Position numbers and translations under genes: made by a program. Shown piece by piece: positions 9,073 through 19,524 of a stretch of 64,000 nt of DNA; position 1 is the stretch's first letter; each line of letters begins with the position of its first letter. Origin of the DNA: an uncultured Armatimonadetes bacterium (GTDB lineage: Bacteria > Armatimonadota > UBA5829 > DTJY01); NCBI GenBank assembly GCA_963717145.1, contig OY970325.1, forward strand, positions 4,960,001-5,024,000, read 5' to 3'. The notes under the pieces were generated by a model. That model saw only the letters and a list, made by a program, of their open reading frames with translations, ran no database searches and was not told the origin of the DNA.

Positions 9073-10506
9073 GTGGACCTATGGGACTACATCGAGTCGA
9101 ATGCAGTTTGTGACCCGGATGGCGTTTCGCTCAGGGACGACCAGAGCATCATGACGCATAGGCAATTGTATGCATGTCTGCCATACTATCAAGCGCTGCT
9201 TGAGAAAGCTGGCTACCAACCTGGGGATAGAGTGGTACTAACAACATGCGGTCAGCGAGATTCGGTCATAGCTTTCCTCAGTCTTCTGTCGGTAGGCTGT
9301 TGGGTGATACCCGTTCCCCCGAGCATTACTGATTTCGAGCTGAAGCGACTCATTGATCATACTGGGGCCAAGGTCTATGACAGTGGCCGGCTCGAACCGC
9401 CTGGTGTAGGAGCGCAAGGAAGGAAGCGTCTTTCCAGGCCAAGAGCAGAAAATACTGGTATATATCATCTAAGCTCAGGCTCTCTCGGGAAACCTAAGCT
9501 ATGTATCCGAACACTCAATGCGCTGCTTAAGGAAGGCCTGAGTTACTCTGACACCTTCAATATCTCCGGACGGGATAGAATACTAAGTGTTTCGCCACTG
9601 CATCACTCTTTCGCCATGGGGGCCTGTCTTTGTGCCTCCATCGTAACGGGCGCATGCTTGTACGTGATGGACCGCTTTGTCCCAAGGAGAGTCCTGCAGG
9701 TGGCTCGAGATGCCGAGATCTCCATCCTTGTCATGGTACCCATTATGGCCAGGGCACTCTGCGATGTCTACTCTGATGCAGAGGTTGGTCTGCCCTCTGC
9801 ACGGGTTGTTCTTGTAGGGGCAGGCGCGATAACCACCGACTTGCACAACGCCTTCAAGCGCCGGTATGGCATTTCGCTGTTGAGCAACTACGGAAGTACA
9901 GAAACTGGGGGAGTCATCTCGCGAACGGAGCCGACTCCGCATACGTCAATCGGAAAGCCCATGAAGGGCGTAAGCGTTAAGCTGTGCGATGAGTGTGGCA
10001 GGCGCGTTGCAGTAGGTTTGGAGGGCGAGATACGACTAAAGTGTGAAAGCATGCTGTCTGGGTATTATGGAGACGATGCCTTGCCATTTGATGCCGAGGG
10101 CTATTTCCCGACGGGAGACATAGCCGTAGAGGACGGAGCTGGCAATCTGTTTCTGCGATACCGAAAGGCACGATTGATTAACCTGGGCGGCAGAAAGATC
10201 AATCCGCATGAAGTCGAAGAAGCAATATTGGGCTTTCCAGGTATCGAAGACTGCGTTGTCTTTGGTATGGGTGCTGAACAGGAGCAGAAGAGGGTCGCGG
10301 CTGTCGTTGTCGGCAAGAACGTAGAGGAACCCCCATTGAGGGAGCATCTCGCAATGAGGCTAGATAACTACAAAATCCCAGCTGTAATAATGTTCCACCA
10401 AGAGATCCCCAGGACTGAGTTGGGCAAAGTTCGGATGGATGCAATCCTGAACAGTGTACCTTCACAGAACAATGGATCCGCAACACTCGGACGACATAAG
10501 GCTTGA
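9073..10506 (+). CDS. ANL-superfamily adenylating enzyme (acyl-AMP / acyl-ACP ligase)
   Basis: SSGSLGKPK P-loop, YGSTE, TGD, GGRKINP and PRTELGK motifs. GTG 9073 follows ggag. Confidence 0.88.
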   Translation: MDLWDYIESNAVCDPDGVSLRDDQSIMTHRQLYACLPYYQALLEKAGYQPGDRVVLTTCGQRDSVIAFLSLLSVGCWVIPVPPSITDFELKRLIDHTGAKVYDSGRLEPPGVGAQGRKRLSRPRAENTGIYHLSSGSLGKPKLCIRTLNALLKEGLSYSDTFNISGRDRILSVSPLHHSFAMGACLCASIVTGACLYVMDRFVPRRVLQVARDAEISILVMVPIMARALCDVYSDAEVGLPSARVVLVGAGAITTDLHNAFKRRYGISLLSNYGSTETGGVISRTEPTPHTSIGKPMKGVSVKLCDECGRRVAVGLEGEIRLKCESMLSGYYGDDALPFDAEGYFPTGDIAVEDGAGNLFLRYRKARLINLGGRKINPHEVEEAILGFPGIEDCVVFGMGAEQEQKRVAAVVVGKNVEEPPLREHLAMRLDNYKIPAVIMFHQEIPRTELGKVRMDAILNSVPSQNNGSATLGRHKA

Positions 10507-10657
10507 AGAGGAAGCGCTATCAGGTTGCCATTCCCTAGACACTCTACCGGACTACTGCCTTCTAGGCACAAGTGGTTGTTCTCAGAAGAAGAGAGGGGAG
10601 AGACCACGGAAATGTTCACTAGCTGAGTAATGTGAAGACCCAGCTAAAGCGGGTGAG

Positions 10658-11463
10658 GTGGTGCTGAACGCCACGATCGACAAGTACGTCACCGGCAAGA
10701 TGGAGGTCTTCGACGGCACGTCGTCGAATGACAGTCCCGAAGGCGTCACCGCGTCGTATCATCCGACCTTCCTTCGGGTCGGGGCTGGGCACATCTTCCT
10801 CGCTCATCATCAAGTTGCATATCTCCTCTCCGGAGGACCGAATGATCATAGAAAACCTGGCCTACGACCTGGAGACGATTTTCGGGATACCAGGAGGCAA
10901 GCGAGTTCAGTATGCCCGGGCCATAGGTGGGTTCAACTATATGACGTTCGGCGAAAGAATCGAGGTCGTTCGGACAGAAATCGTTCCGGAGACTGTTGCA
11001 GAGATGGAAGACCAGCTTGCCCTCGTCTCCACTGGCAAGCCGAGGCTCTCGGGTAGTATCCACGTGCATGTATGGGGAGCGTATCATGCGGGTGTACCGG
11101 GCATAGTCAAAGGGCTTTACAGCCTCAGAAACGTCGCCATCCGGATGAGGACAACGATCGAGAACGGCACCTGGACGTGTTTGCCGAGTTGTTGAACCAG
11201 AACCGGAGGCATCAGAAGCGGCTCGACGCGGCCAATGCCAATGAGCAGGCCGAAGACCTGTCGCACAGGCATTCAAGCATGACGTTATCCTCGGAAAGGC
11301 CTGTACCACAGGAGGAGGTTGTGTGCTCTTCTTTGTGAAGGCAGATAGTCGTATGGACGTAGAGCAAATAGCGGAGCAACTCGGCAGCCGGGTCATCCCG
11401 TTTGGGCTTGGGTTGGATGGTATCCACGTGTAGCCCGGTTTCAGCGTACCCATGCGGCAATAG
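10658..11463 (+). pseudogene. fragmented GHMP kinase (HddA-like sugar-phosphate kinase)
   Basis: Pieces in different frames: VLNATIDKYV, GSGLGTSSS, GGK..QYA..IGGFN, TGKPRLSG and GGGCVLF. The N-terminus is missing. Confidence 0.7.
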
Positions 11464-11656
11464 GAGCTCTCGGGACACAAACATGCACGACATGTCTGTC
11501 TCCGGTTGCTGAAGATGCTCGTTGCTTACGTGCTGGGTATGGTGGCCCTCACTCTAAGAGTGCATCGGGATCTATGTTGTCCAATCGCCAAAGCCGGGGA
11601 GCCAGTAATCAACCACTAAGTCGGCTGCTATCCCAACATCCGATCCGGATGCCCTC

Positions 11657-14600
11657 TCATTCTCCCGCCTTCCACTTTTCATACACTCTGCGGGACTCGT
11701 GCCAGTCGCCGTCGTGGAAGCGGATGAAGACGGGCGCGGCCACGTAGTCCTTGCCGACCGCGCCGCCTAAGCAGTCAACGAACGAAAGCTCGACGCCCAC
11801 CGGCATGCCCTTGAGTTCGTCCTGCCGGGGCCAGTTGCCGTCCTCGCGCGCAGTGCCCGACCCGCTCGGAACGAGTTCCATGCGCACGACGTTCTTGCGG
11901 TCTAAGGGGTCGCGTGCGCCGACGTAGACGGACCGGCCGAGCTTGCCTGACTGGAACGCTATCCACGGCTCCGGCTGGGCGTCCGGATACGCATAGAACT
12001 GCTCCGGCCCCTGATCGCCGAACGACGACATATTGCCGAACGTGCGGAAGATGTCCGAGGTCGCAGCCGACCCGCCTACGGACGGCCTTACGAATTCGGT
12101 GGACTTGAGTTGCCCGCGTGTCGTGCCGAGGCCCTGGATGCCGCCGATCATGGGGAAGTAGGTCTCGCCGACCTGGTAGGTCGTCCGGTTGTCGATCTCG
12201 AGGCTGAGAAGCGCGCCGCCGTCCATCAGCTCGATGGTCTCGGTGACGGAGGCGTCGTACTTCTCGCCCAGGTAGTTGGTCAGCGGACCGTTCCATCGCA
12301 GGGTCAGCTTCGTTCCCTGAAGATCGAGCGACGAGAGCTTCTGCTGACGGCCGATGATCCAGTTGGCCTCGATCGTCTGCCACGGCTCCTTGCCCGGCAG
12401 CGGCAGCGCGAACTTCCAGCTTCCGGCCAGGCGCGGCTCGAGGATCAGTTCCAGTCCGGTCTTCTTGTCCTGGATTCGGGTGAGCGACCCGTTTGCGCGG
12501 CTGACCTCAACCAGGAGATTCTCGTCCTCCAGCTTGACCGATCGCTTCGGGTCGAACGCGGGAAGTCTGGGCGCGGGCGTGGCGTAGTCCGCGGGCAGGT
12601 CGGCAGTGCGAACGTCGTCGATGCAGAGCATCGAGAACGTGGGTTGGTCGGCGTCGTCCACCGCCTGCACGTAGACCATCTTGCCCTTGTGCTTCGAGCC
12701 ATCCAGGAATGCCGGAGACGAATGCCGTCGTGTTGGGCGCGTAGATGCGGTCGATCTCCGTGCCGTCCGCGAGGTTCAGCGTCACGTAGTTCCACTTGCG
12801 CGGGCTGCCGGTGCCGCGCACCGAGTTCCAGCCCGAGATGAGGAGGCGCACGCCGTCCTTGTCGAGCACGAACGGCTTCGACGTGAGCTTGCCCATCGCG
12901 GCCTCGCCCGTGCCGCCGCTCCAGGCCCAGTACTTGCCCTGCCAGCCGGAGTAGTAGACGCGGGAGTCGTTGGCGACCACCCAGTTCGGGTCGGCCGTCC
13001 AGCCCTCGAAAGCCGCCGGACTCGAAGTCGCCGTTCGGGATGCTCGACCCACGGTCCGATGGTTCGATGGTCCGAGGGCTTGACGGCGCGCTCTGTGCGG
13101 TGATCTTCGTCTCCTGTGCCAACTCCTCGACGAACACGATCCGCTCGGCGGGAACGTCGATCGCGGCCGGGCAGGTTCACCTCGAAGCTCTTGCGGCCCG
13201 GCACGTGCACGCGCGCTCCGCCGCCGGGCTTGGCGAACCCCTCGATGATCTGCTCTTGCGGCGTCCATGCTGCTGTTGGTGAGGATGCAGACGCGGTGGC
13301 CGGTGTTGCGGTTGCGGAAGACGTTGTACTCGACGCCCTGCGGAAGCTGCCCGCCGATCATGACTCCATCCCGGCCGAGCGCCTCGCCGAAGAAGACGGT
13401 CTCCTGCAAGCTGTCCCGGATGCGCTTGACCTCGCGGATGTAGTCGCGAGGCCGGCGAACGGCGCCCAGTCCAGGCCACGGCGAAAAGTTCATCGGCGCG
13501 AGCATCACATCGTGGCCGTCGCGCACCGCGTTGTTGACGCCGAGGTAGTCGTAGGCATTGGTGATCGCCAGGGTCTCGGCGTTCTCCGGGAAGACCGTCC
13601 GCGTGACGAGCTGGTTGCCGACCCACCACGTGCATCCGCCGAACTGCAGCATGCGGTCCCAGTTGCACTCGAAGGACATCGCCCAGTCCGGGTTGAGCTT
13701 GCCGGCACGCCGCGATGATCTCCTTGCGAGAGCAGGATCGCGCCCTCCCAGGTGGAGGTGTCCGGGCTCATCGGGATGTCCGGGTTGTAGTCGATGGCGG
13801 CGGGGAACATCTTGTCCACGTGCACGCCGTCCGCGCCGATCTGCGGCCAGCTTCGCGAACTGGTCCACGATGATCTTGCGGAACTGCGGGAACGCCAGGT
13901 CGGCCCAGGTCATCAGCTTTGGATGACCCATCCTGGCCCAGAGCGTGCCCATGCCCCAGCCGGCGTTCCAGGTGAGGCCGCCGTCCGGCGTTCCACTCGC
14001 GGTACTTGTGCAGCTCCGTTCTTGTACCAGTCGGACTCGACCATCATCGGCTGGTAGTTGACGAAGAAGAAGACCTTGAGGCCCATCTTGTGGCAGGCGC
14101 GGATGCCGTCTTCGAGTTCCTTCCACGTGCCCAGGCGCGGGTCGGGCATGTAGTAGGGGTAGCCGTTGTCGTGGCCGCCAACCTGCCAGCCGCTGATCTG
14201 AACGGCGTTGACCCCATGGTCCTTGGCCGCCTTGGCCCAGCGTGGGATGTCCTTGAACGTGTAGTTGATCGTGCCTTCGGGGAGCATGAACATGGTCATG
14301 AGGAAGAACGACTGCCTGCGGATCCAGTCGGTCCTGGGGTCGGCCAGCCCGAATGCGTTGGTGAAGCAATCGCGGTAGACCTTTCCCGCCGCGCGCCAGT
14401 CGCCCTCGACGAATCGCAGCACGACCGGAGACCCGCTGAAGCTCTCTGCCCGGCGGTGTGAGCGGGACGTGGTGGATGCAGGCGAAGACATCCTCGCCAT
14501 CTTTGCCCGGCACACCCATGAGGTGATACACCTTGTACCGCGCGATCTCGTCCTCCGACGCGAAGTAGATCGCCCTGCCCGCGGACTTGCTCCCAACGCA

Positions 14601-15182
14601 CACGAATGACATGTTCATATGCCCAGGGTAGCCGAACGCATTCGCGCCGAACGGCGACTCGAGCGGCTTCTGCCATGGGTTGGACGTTGGGACCCAGGCG
14701 GAGGCGTCCGCGCCGAGCTTCTGGAGCCCGCCGATGAGCGGGTACCACGCTTCCTGGAGCTTGTACTCGGCGCCGTTGTCGAGATCCAGCGTGAACTCCA
14801 GCCTGCCACCGGAGACCCGTATTCCCATCCGGACATCGATCTTGTGCTCGTCTCCCTTGGTGTCCTTGAGGGGACCGTCCCATCGCAGCCGCATCACGCC
14901 GGGCTCAGTCGCGGAGTCCGAGAGCGTCTGGTCCTTGCCCAAAATCGTGACGGTGGTCTTGTCAGGCTTCACCAGCACAAGCCGGAAGTTCTCGGCCGGC
15001 GCGTGATCCGGCGCGAGCGTGGCGCCGGAGGGCCTGTCCACGATGCGCGTGATCGCCCCGTTATCCGGCGAAACCTCCACCAGGACGCGGCTGTCCTCCA
15101 CAACGAGCGGTGCGGAGTTGCATGCTCCTGTCACTAGCACGATCAGAACGATTGCGGCACAAAGCCTTGCGGGGAATCTCAT
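11657..15182 (-). CDS. secreted multidomain glycoside-hydrolase-like protein (DUF6259-like), interrupted by several frameshifts
   Basis: Signal peptide at ATG 15182. Coherent protein text passes between frames (ISGWQVGGHDNGYPYY.PDPRLG, HVDKMF, NGDFE...LTSKPF), followed by a 340-aa C-terminal ORF. Confidence 0.65.
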
Positions 15183-15192
15183 CGGCTCTCTC

Positions 15193-16407
15193 CTATCCAT
15201 TCGGGTTGACAGTCTTCGGCACGTCGGGATGGTTCGGGCCGAAGTGCTTGAGCATGACCAGCGGCTCGAAGCGGCTGTGATTGGTTATCCTCACCCCGGC
15301 CTTCGCTGAAGGTTCGCCCACGAAGAACTCGTCCTGCGAGAGCTGGCCATAGCGCAGCATTATCGCGGCCTCCGCGTCGTGGACGCCGAGCGTGCCGTGT
15401 CCCTGCAGCAGGATACAGCCGTATGCCGCTCCGTCCTTGATCGTCACCGTTTGTCCCGGGTTCACCGTAAGCTCCTTCGCGGCGATGTAGTCGTTTGCGT
15501 AGGCAATCCACTTCTCGGTATAGGCCGCGTCCGAGTGAATGAGCACCGGCGGACGGAAGTAGGTTCTCTTGAAATGCGAGTCGATGTTGCGCTCCCAGTC
15601 CATCAGACCGAGGATGTAATCCACATCGCGCATTCTGTCCTCCGGGCAGTTCTCAGCCAGGAACTCGTATGGATAGACCTCTCCGCCCGCGATGTTCTCA
15701 TAGACGGAGTTCACATCGCTGTTCCACTGCGGCTCGTAGGTCAGCACCGATCCGGGCGAATGGAGTACGCCAGGCGGGACATACCATCCGGTGCCGAGCA
15801 CTATCCGGTACGCCCGCGAAAGCTCGGTGATGCGGTTGTCCGCGTCCTCGTACTGCAGCAGCCTCTCGCGGACCTCGTCGATGGTGACGTCCGGGTCGAA
15901 GCCGAAATAAGTGGCCGGAAACTCGCCCATGTAGTTGTTGAGCTGAGGGGGGAAGTAGTAAGCCTCGGGCTTGCCGAGCCTGCCCACCCGGCCCGCGGAG
16001 TCGAAGTCCAGGTGCAGATGGTGAAAGAGCGGCTTCGAGTAATCGAAGAACTTCGAGTACATCGGCCAGCCGCCGTACTCGCTCATCAGCTTCTCGCCGA
16101 CGATATCCCTGCCCAGGTGGTCGATCGCCTCTTTGAGCGTGAACTTGTCCCTGAGATCGTCCGTGGGGACGACGTAGCTCATCCCCTCGTCCTCAGGCGC
16201 GAGTGGGCCGTTCATCGCAGGGATCACCGAGGCAAACCATCGCTCCTTGATGGCTCCGCGAGCCGTGCCGAGCGCGAAGTAGTCGTCCGGGTGCAGCCGC
16301 AGTCGGCACCCGGGCGAGCTGAACCGTCGCGGTACGAAGACCGGGGAGAGCCGGAGTATGCCCTTCCCCTGATCGAAAGCCCTCTCTATCTCATTGCGAG
16401 TTGCCAT
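15193..16407 (-). CDS. cupin protein, mannose-6-phosphate isomerase-like
   Basis: KFFD...LFHHLH, KPEAYYF and PPGVLHSPG..TYEPQ motifs. RBS gaggagg precedes ATG 16407. Confidence 0.75.
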   Translation of the reverse strand: MATRNEIERAFDQGKGILRLSPVFVPRRFSSPGCRLRLHPDDYFALGTARGAIKERWFASVIPAMNGPLAPEDEGMSYVVPTDDLRDKFTLKEAIDHLGRDIVGEKLMSEYGGWPMYSKFFDYSKPLFHHLHLDFDSAGRVGRLGKPEAYYFPPQLNNYMGEFPATYFGFDPDVTIDEVRERLLQYEDADNRITELSRAYRIVLGTGWYVPPGVLHSPGSVLTYEPQWNSDVNSVYENIAGGEVYPYEFLAENCPEDRMRDVDYILGLMDWERNIDSHFKRTYFRPPVLIHSDAAYTEKWIAYANDYIAAKELTVNPGQTVTIKDGAAYGCILLQGHGTLGVHDAEAAIMLRYGQLSQDEFFVGEPSAKAGVRITNHSRFEPLVMLKHFGPNHPDVPKTVNPNG

Positions 16408-16440
16408 CCGGACCTCCTCAGGGCCAACGCATCTGATAAC

Positions 16441-16607
16441 ACGATGCTTCGGTAGCAGAGGCCTGGCGGCGCTGCCGAAGCACACGGTCACCACGCCATG
16501 CTTCGGCTGCGCCGCCAGGCCTCTGCTACCGAAGCATCGTGGTGAAACGCACGGTCACCATGCCATGCCTCGGCAGCGCCGCCAGGCCTCTGCTACCGAA
16601 GCATCGT
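16441..16607. repeat. three copies of a 42-bp palindromic unit, one inverted (BIME/REP-like)
   Basis: 16441-16482 is the reverse complement of 16499-16540 and 16566-16607, with one mismatch each. 16483-16540 and 16550-16607 form a 58-bp direct repeat. Confidence 0.9.
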
Positions 16608-16632
16608 ACGCGGTTATTTCGAGCAGAAAGCG

Positions 16633-16702
16633 CCGATCTCCAGACGACTCCGTCGTCGTCCGCAGCCGGCCGCCGCCGCCGACGGAGTCGTCTGGAGATC
16701 GG
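16633..16702. repeat. perfect 23-bp inverted repeat (REP-like)
   Basis: ccgatctccagacgactccgtcg (16633-16655) pairs with cgacggagtcgtctggagatcgg (16680-16702). Confidence 0.9.
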
Positions 16703-16734
16703 GCTTCCGTCCCCTTGTTCTTGCCCGAAGACAT

Positions 16735-17484
16735 CTAGTTAGCCACGATGATGTCGGTGAGTTCCTGAATGCTTGTCTGATCCCTCGGCACGTCCAGGAC
16801 CTGGCGTCCGTGACTCAGCACCACGAAGCGGTCGCACGTCTTGTAGCCATGGTACATGTTGTGCGTTACCAGGACGCTGGAGATGCCTTCGTGCTTGAGT
16901 TGAAGTATATAGTCAAGCGTCTTCTCGGTCTCGCGCACCGACAGCGCGCTGGTCGGCTCGTCGAGCAGCAGTATCTTGTTCTTGAAGTAGACAGCTCTCG
17001 CCAGCGCCACGGCCTGCTTCTGCCCGCCGGACAGCCCCTTGACGATCTGGTCCGGAGAAGTGATGCCGGATATCCCGACCGTGTGCTCGAGCACCTGCAT
17101 CGCCTTCGCCCTCATGCTCTTGATGTTCATGAAGCCCAGCGGGCCGGTTTCCTCGCGTCCCAGGAAGATGTTGCGCATGATATCCATCTGGTCCACGAGC
17201 GCGATGTCCTGGTAGATCGTCTCGATACCCAGGTTGTAGGAGTCGCGCCTCGACGTGATGCGGACTTCCTTGCCCATATGGATGAACTTGCCCTCGGTGG
17301 GTTCCACAACACCGGAGAGGATCTTGATGAGCGTAGACTTGCCAGCGCCGTTGTCTCCCAGCAGTCCCACTACCTCGCCCGGAGCGATGTGGAAGTCAAT
17401 GCTCTCCAGCGCGGTCACGGCGCCGTAGCACTTGGTCATACCGCGAAGCTCAACGAGCCAATGCGTGTCTGAGGACTGCTCCAT
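16735..17484 (-). CDS. monosaccharide ABC transporter, ATP-binding protein
   Basis: GDNGAGKST, LSGGQKQ and LLDEPT motifs. Confidence 0.93.
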   Translation of the reverse strand: MEQSSDTHWLVELRGMTKCYGAVTALESIDFHIAPGEVVGLLGDNGAGKSTLIKILSGVVEPTEGKFIHMGKEVRITSRRDSYNLGIETIYQDIALVDQMDIMRNIFLGREETGPLGFMNIKSMRAKAMQVLEHTVGISGITSPDQIVKGLSGGQKQAVALARAVYFKNKILLLDEPTSALSVRETEKTLDYILQLKHEGISSVLVTHNMYHGYKTCDRFVVLSHGRQVLDVPRDQTSIQELTDIIVAN

Positions 17485-17485
17485 A

Positions 17486-18454
17486 CTAACCTCTCTCTTT
17501 CTTGGTCAGCCGGTTGAAGATAACGGCGATGACGATGAGAATGCCCATGAACATGTCCAGGTAGAACCCCGGCGCCCTGAGGAGCAGCAGCACGTTCTGA
17601 ATGGCGAAGAGAAGCGCCGTGCCGAGCAGGATGCCGAGCACGCTGCCTTCACCGCCGGTCAGACTCAAGCCACCGATCACGCACGCCGCTATCGCCTGCA
17701 GCTCATATCCGCGCCCTTGGTCGGGCGATACTGAGTGCACCCGCGCGGTGCTGATCACCCCCGCAAAGGCTGCGAGAATGCCGACTATAACGAAGCAGAC
17801 CATCTTGACCCGGGCCGGGTAGACGCCAATCGCCCGGGCGGACTCCACGTTCCCACCGACGCTGAATATGTGGTTGCCCAGCTTGTGACGCTCCAGAAGC
17901 AGGTAGCCCAGAATCACTATGGCAATCGCCCAGATGAACTGGGCCTGGATCGGGCCGATGTTGCCGGCAAACAGCATCTCGAACGTTCCGCCCGGCGACA
18001 TGGACTCGGTCTGGCCGGCGGACACAATCTGCAGCATCCCGCGCCAGAACATCAATGCCCCGAGTGTGGCGATGAACGAGGGTATCTTCGCCTTGAGTGT
18101 GATAAGCCCATTGACCAACCCGATCAGTGCTCCCAAGCCCAGAGCGCACGCAACACCCGCCCACTCCGAGTAGTTGCACTGGTAGACCAGAGCCATCATG
18201 TAGGCCGTGAACGCGAAGTTGGAGCCCACAGACAGGTCGAACTCGCCCGCTATCATCAGAATTCCGACACCAACGGCCATTATCGCTATCGGTGAGAGCG
18301 ATCTCAGGAGCGTCTGGATGCTGGACATGCTGGTGTAAGCGAACCTGTCGGGGATGATCAGCGACGCGATGATGAAGGCGATCTGAGTCACGGCAAAGAC
18401 TATGACTATGTTGCCCGCCTTGTGGTTTCTAAGCGCTGCCCAAAGAGCCTTCAT
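17486..18454 (-). CDS. monosaccharide ABC transporter, permease (RbsC-like)
   Basis: GEFDLSVG, IPSFIATLG and ELQAIAACVIGG motifs. Confidence 0.93.
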   Translation of the reverse strand: MKALWAALRNHKAGNIVIVFAVTQIAFIIASLIIPDRFAYTSMSSIQTLLRSLSPIAIMAVGVGILMIAGEFDLSVGSNFAFTAYMMALVYQCNYSEWAGVACALGLGALIGLVNGLITLKAKIPSFIATLGALMFWRGMLQIVSAGQTESMSPGGTFEMLFAGNIGPIQAQFIWAIAIVILGYLLLERHKLGNHIFSVGGNVESARAIGVYPARVKMVCFVIVGILAAFAGVISTARVHSVSPDQGRGYELQAIAACVIGGLSLTGGEGSVLGILLGTALLFAIQNVLLLLRAPGFYLDMFMGILIVIAVIFNRLTKKERG

Positions 18455-18468
18455 TGGTTCACCATGCC

Positions 18469-19524
18469 TTATCTGACGCTGTCCGCGAGATCGACCACTC
18501 TGCTGACGTTGGTGGTATCCACGACTCCGCCGCCCGTGTTGATATCGCAGGGCAGCAGGCCGTACTTGCGGTTGTAGTAGAGTTCTGTTATGGACATGTA
18601 GCCCTGGTAGAACGGCTGCTGGTCGACTGTGGCTATCGACTTGCCGCTGATGATGTTCATCGCTATCCGGCGGGTAATGTCGAACCCCGCATTTGGTATG
18701 TTGAGCCCCACGTCTTTGATGGCCTGTGGAGTGACCTCCATCGGCATTCCGCCCATCGCCAACACCGCGGACGTGTCCTTGTGTCCGAGCAGATACTGCG
18801 TGAGCTTGTTGAGCGTGTCCTCCAGGGAGATTCCGCCGGTGTTCAGCACTTCCGACCGGATGCCGATCTCCTTGAAGGCCCGACTCGCCCCCGCATAGCG
18901 CTGGACCGCATACACGGCCTCGGGATACTCCACGGGACAGACTACCTTGTTGCCTTTCTCGAGCTTTCCATCGGCGATCAGCCGCTTGGCAATGATGTAG
19001 CCGGCCGCCTCCATGTCCTGGCCGATGTACGCCATGCGGGCATTGCCCTTGCCGCGCCTGGTGTCGTCGATGTTGAACGCGACGACCGGTACGCCCGACT
19101 GCACGGCCCTCTTGATGACCGCGTCATACGCGTCGTCCTGGTTGATCGAGAACGCGATGCCATCGACCCTGTTGGAGATGGCTGTCTCGAGAATGTTGTT
19201 TTGTCTGGCGGCATCGTTATCGGCGAACTGGATGTCTACACTGCAGCCGAGCTTTTGCGCCGCCTCATTCGCGCCGGCGACGACCTTAGCGAAGAAAGGG
19301 TTGCCGGCGGTACCGTAGATCACGAGAGTGAACCTGTAGTTCCCGCCGGAGCCGGGCTCCGCGCGCTTCCCGGCCGATGCCCCGCTGGTAACCGCATTCG
19401 CGCCCCCTTCCGCCTCCGCCTTGCGCCTGGCATTGCGATCACATGAAGTCAGCGCGCCCAACGTGACGGTCAGTGCCAGGAGTGAGAGAATAAGCCTTGT
19501 TCTCACGGATAGTCCTCCGATCAC
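18469..19524 (-). CDS. sugar ABC transporter substrate-binding lipoprotein (RbsB-like)
   Basis: Lipobox-like LTSC, NPFF, YIGQD and DQQPFYQGY motifs. Start may lie slightly downstream. Confidence 0.9.
   Translation of the reverse strand: MIGGLSVRTRLILSLLALTVTLGALTSCDRNARRKAEAEGGANAVTSGASAGKRAEPGSGGNYRFTLVIYGTAGNPFFAKVVAGANEAAQKLGCSVDIQFADNDAARQNNILETAISNRVDGIAFSINQDDAYDAVIKRAVQSGVPVVAFNIDDTRRGKGNARMAYIGQDMEAAGYIIAKRLIADGKLEKGNKVVCPVEYPEAVYAVQRYAGASRAFKEIGIRSEVLNTGGISLEDTLNKLTQYLLGHKDTSAVLAMGGMPMEVTPQAIKDVGLNIPNAGFDITRRIAMNIISGKSIATVDQQPFYQGYMSITELYYNRKYGLLPCDINTGGGVVDTTNVSRVVDLADSVR

Noticed and set aside
16441-16607. Possible CRISPR array
   Set aside because: Only three units, one inverted. 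The spacers are short and repeat each other, and no cas genes are in the window.
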